A stretch of DNA of 62,128 bases, counting the filler, from Pirum gemmata (Eukaryota), in the NCBI GenBank assembly GCA_002812295.1. It is 15 parts of 15 records of this genome, joined end to end, with 100 filler letters (N's around TTAATTAATTAA, not from the genome) between each part and the next. Parts side by side here need not be neighbours in the genome. Positions count along the whole stretch, not along the records: positions 58,169 to 62,128 come from PDIN01001638.1; 14 more parts are not named here. One strand, written 5' to 3'. Shown piece by piece: positions 61,170 through 62,128 of the stretch; position 1 is the stretch's first letter, and every line of letters starts with the position of its first letter. The notes under the pieces are model-generated. The model ran no database searches and was not told the DNA's origin. It saw only the letters and a list, made by a program, of their open reading frames with translations. Position numbers and translations under genes: made by a program.

Positions 61170-61715
61170 ATTTGTGGCAAAAGTGTAGGATTTAATTTTT
61201 GTAAAATATGTGATGAAAAGTCCATTCATATAGTATTCTTATTTTAATTAATACAATCAAAACAAAATTTTGATTTTTAAATGTTACGTGACGTCCATTT
61301 AATCTTTTTCTCTGACGCCGTTAATAACGACTCATGTTTCATAAAATCTTCTTTTCCTTCCTTTATAATATCCGCTCCATCGATCATATACGGAAAATAT
61401 CAAAATTGAAAATATTATATCCAATAACAATTGCAACGTTTGGTCTTAATTTGTTTAATATTTCAACATAGCCGTAAAGTAACGACAATTCATCATCAAA
61501 CGCAATTAATTCAATAGCGTCATCTCCGCGTAAAGATTTTTCATTTACGTTACCAAGACTTATTAACAGTAATATTACGATAGTATTACGATACTCGTCA
61601 GTGTTAAAAATCTTGAAACGTTAGACTAATTTGAAATATTTCATTTATAGGTATGTCTAGACAGGAGGTGTGTCAGTCCTCCAAAAGGTACAAAGAGTTA
61701 TTACTGGCAAGAACA
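61170..61715 (-). pseudogene. polB: Decayed family-B DNA polymerase exonuclease domain, giant-virus (NCLDV)-like
   Basis: Across frameshifts: NEIFQISLTF / ISLGN...ELIAFDDELSLLYGYVEILNKLRPNVAIVIGYNIFNFD (ExoII motif at 61399-61422) / EKKIKWTS / FKNQNF...YKIKSY. Confidence 0.8.
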
Positions 61716-62128
61716 AAATTATGTTACACAGTCTACTACTAGCTGAGAATAGCTCTAGCTATGATAGTAGTAGCTAGCTAGCTAGCTACCTCTATCGGTG
61801 TAGTCTATCGGTAGAGTGGATCGACCAGGCAGGCGTGACCAGCGTCACCTTTCTTGATGAGCAAATGGGTCTAGCTAGCTCTAGTAGTAGCAGACTCTAG
61901 CTAGTAGACTCTAGCTAGCTAGCTAGCTATGATAGCTAGACACCTTAAGCTTGGTCCTTGCAGTTGGTCCTTGATTAGAGCGAATATATACACAATTACA
62001 CATATCAATATAATATATCTGATATATATACATAGACGTTAATTAATACATCGGAGGTACTTAACTGAGAACGATGTGCGAAAACTATATAAATAAAAAT
62101 ATGACTATTTAATAATAATAATAATAAT

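Noticed and set aside
1..62128. tRNA/rRNA genes or an intact transposase
   Set aside because: None recognisable by eye

Overview
AT-rich eukaryotic DNA with GT-AG introns and TTAGGG-type repeats. It is not one locus: 14 artificial 100-bp linkers (N-run, TTAATTAATTAA, N-run) join 15 unrelated contigs of about 4 kb, so linkage across linkers means nothing. The standout is an intronless bZIP gene (9715-12066) that I read as XBP1/HAC1. It has an XBP1-type basic region and a 26-nt IRE1-type unconventional intron (11318-11343) between two CUG^CAGC stem-loops. Removing the intron switches translation into a second, fully open frame ending at 12053. The window also holds decayed foreign genes: a Fanzor/TnpB 3' end with a structured downstream (omega-RNA-like) region, a giant-virus-like PolB exonuclease relic, other virus-like ORFs and a bacterial-like NHL propeller. 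Ordinary genes or exons include an ABCB exon, kelch, ankyrin, PAN-like and a glycosyltransferase-like exon. At least ten MITE-like families, interstitial telomeric arrays and TA-x-TA patches resembling piled-up excision footprints fill the rest. The host may be a unicellular holozoan (e.g. an ichthyosporean); this is inference only. All family assignments come from motif recognition, not database searches.
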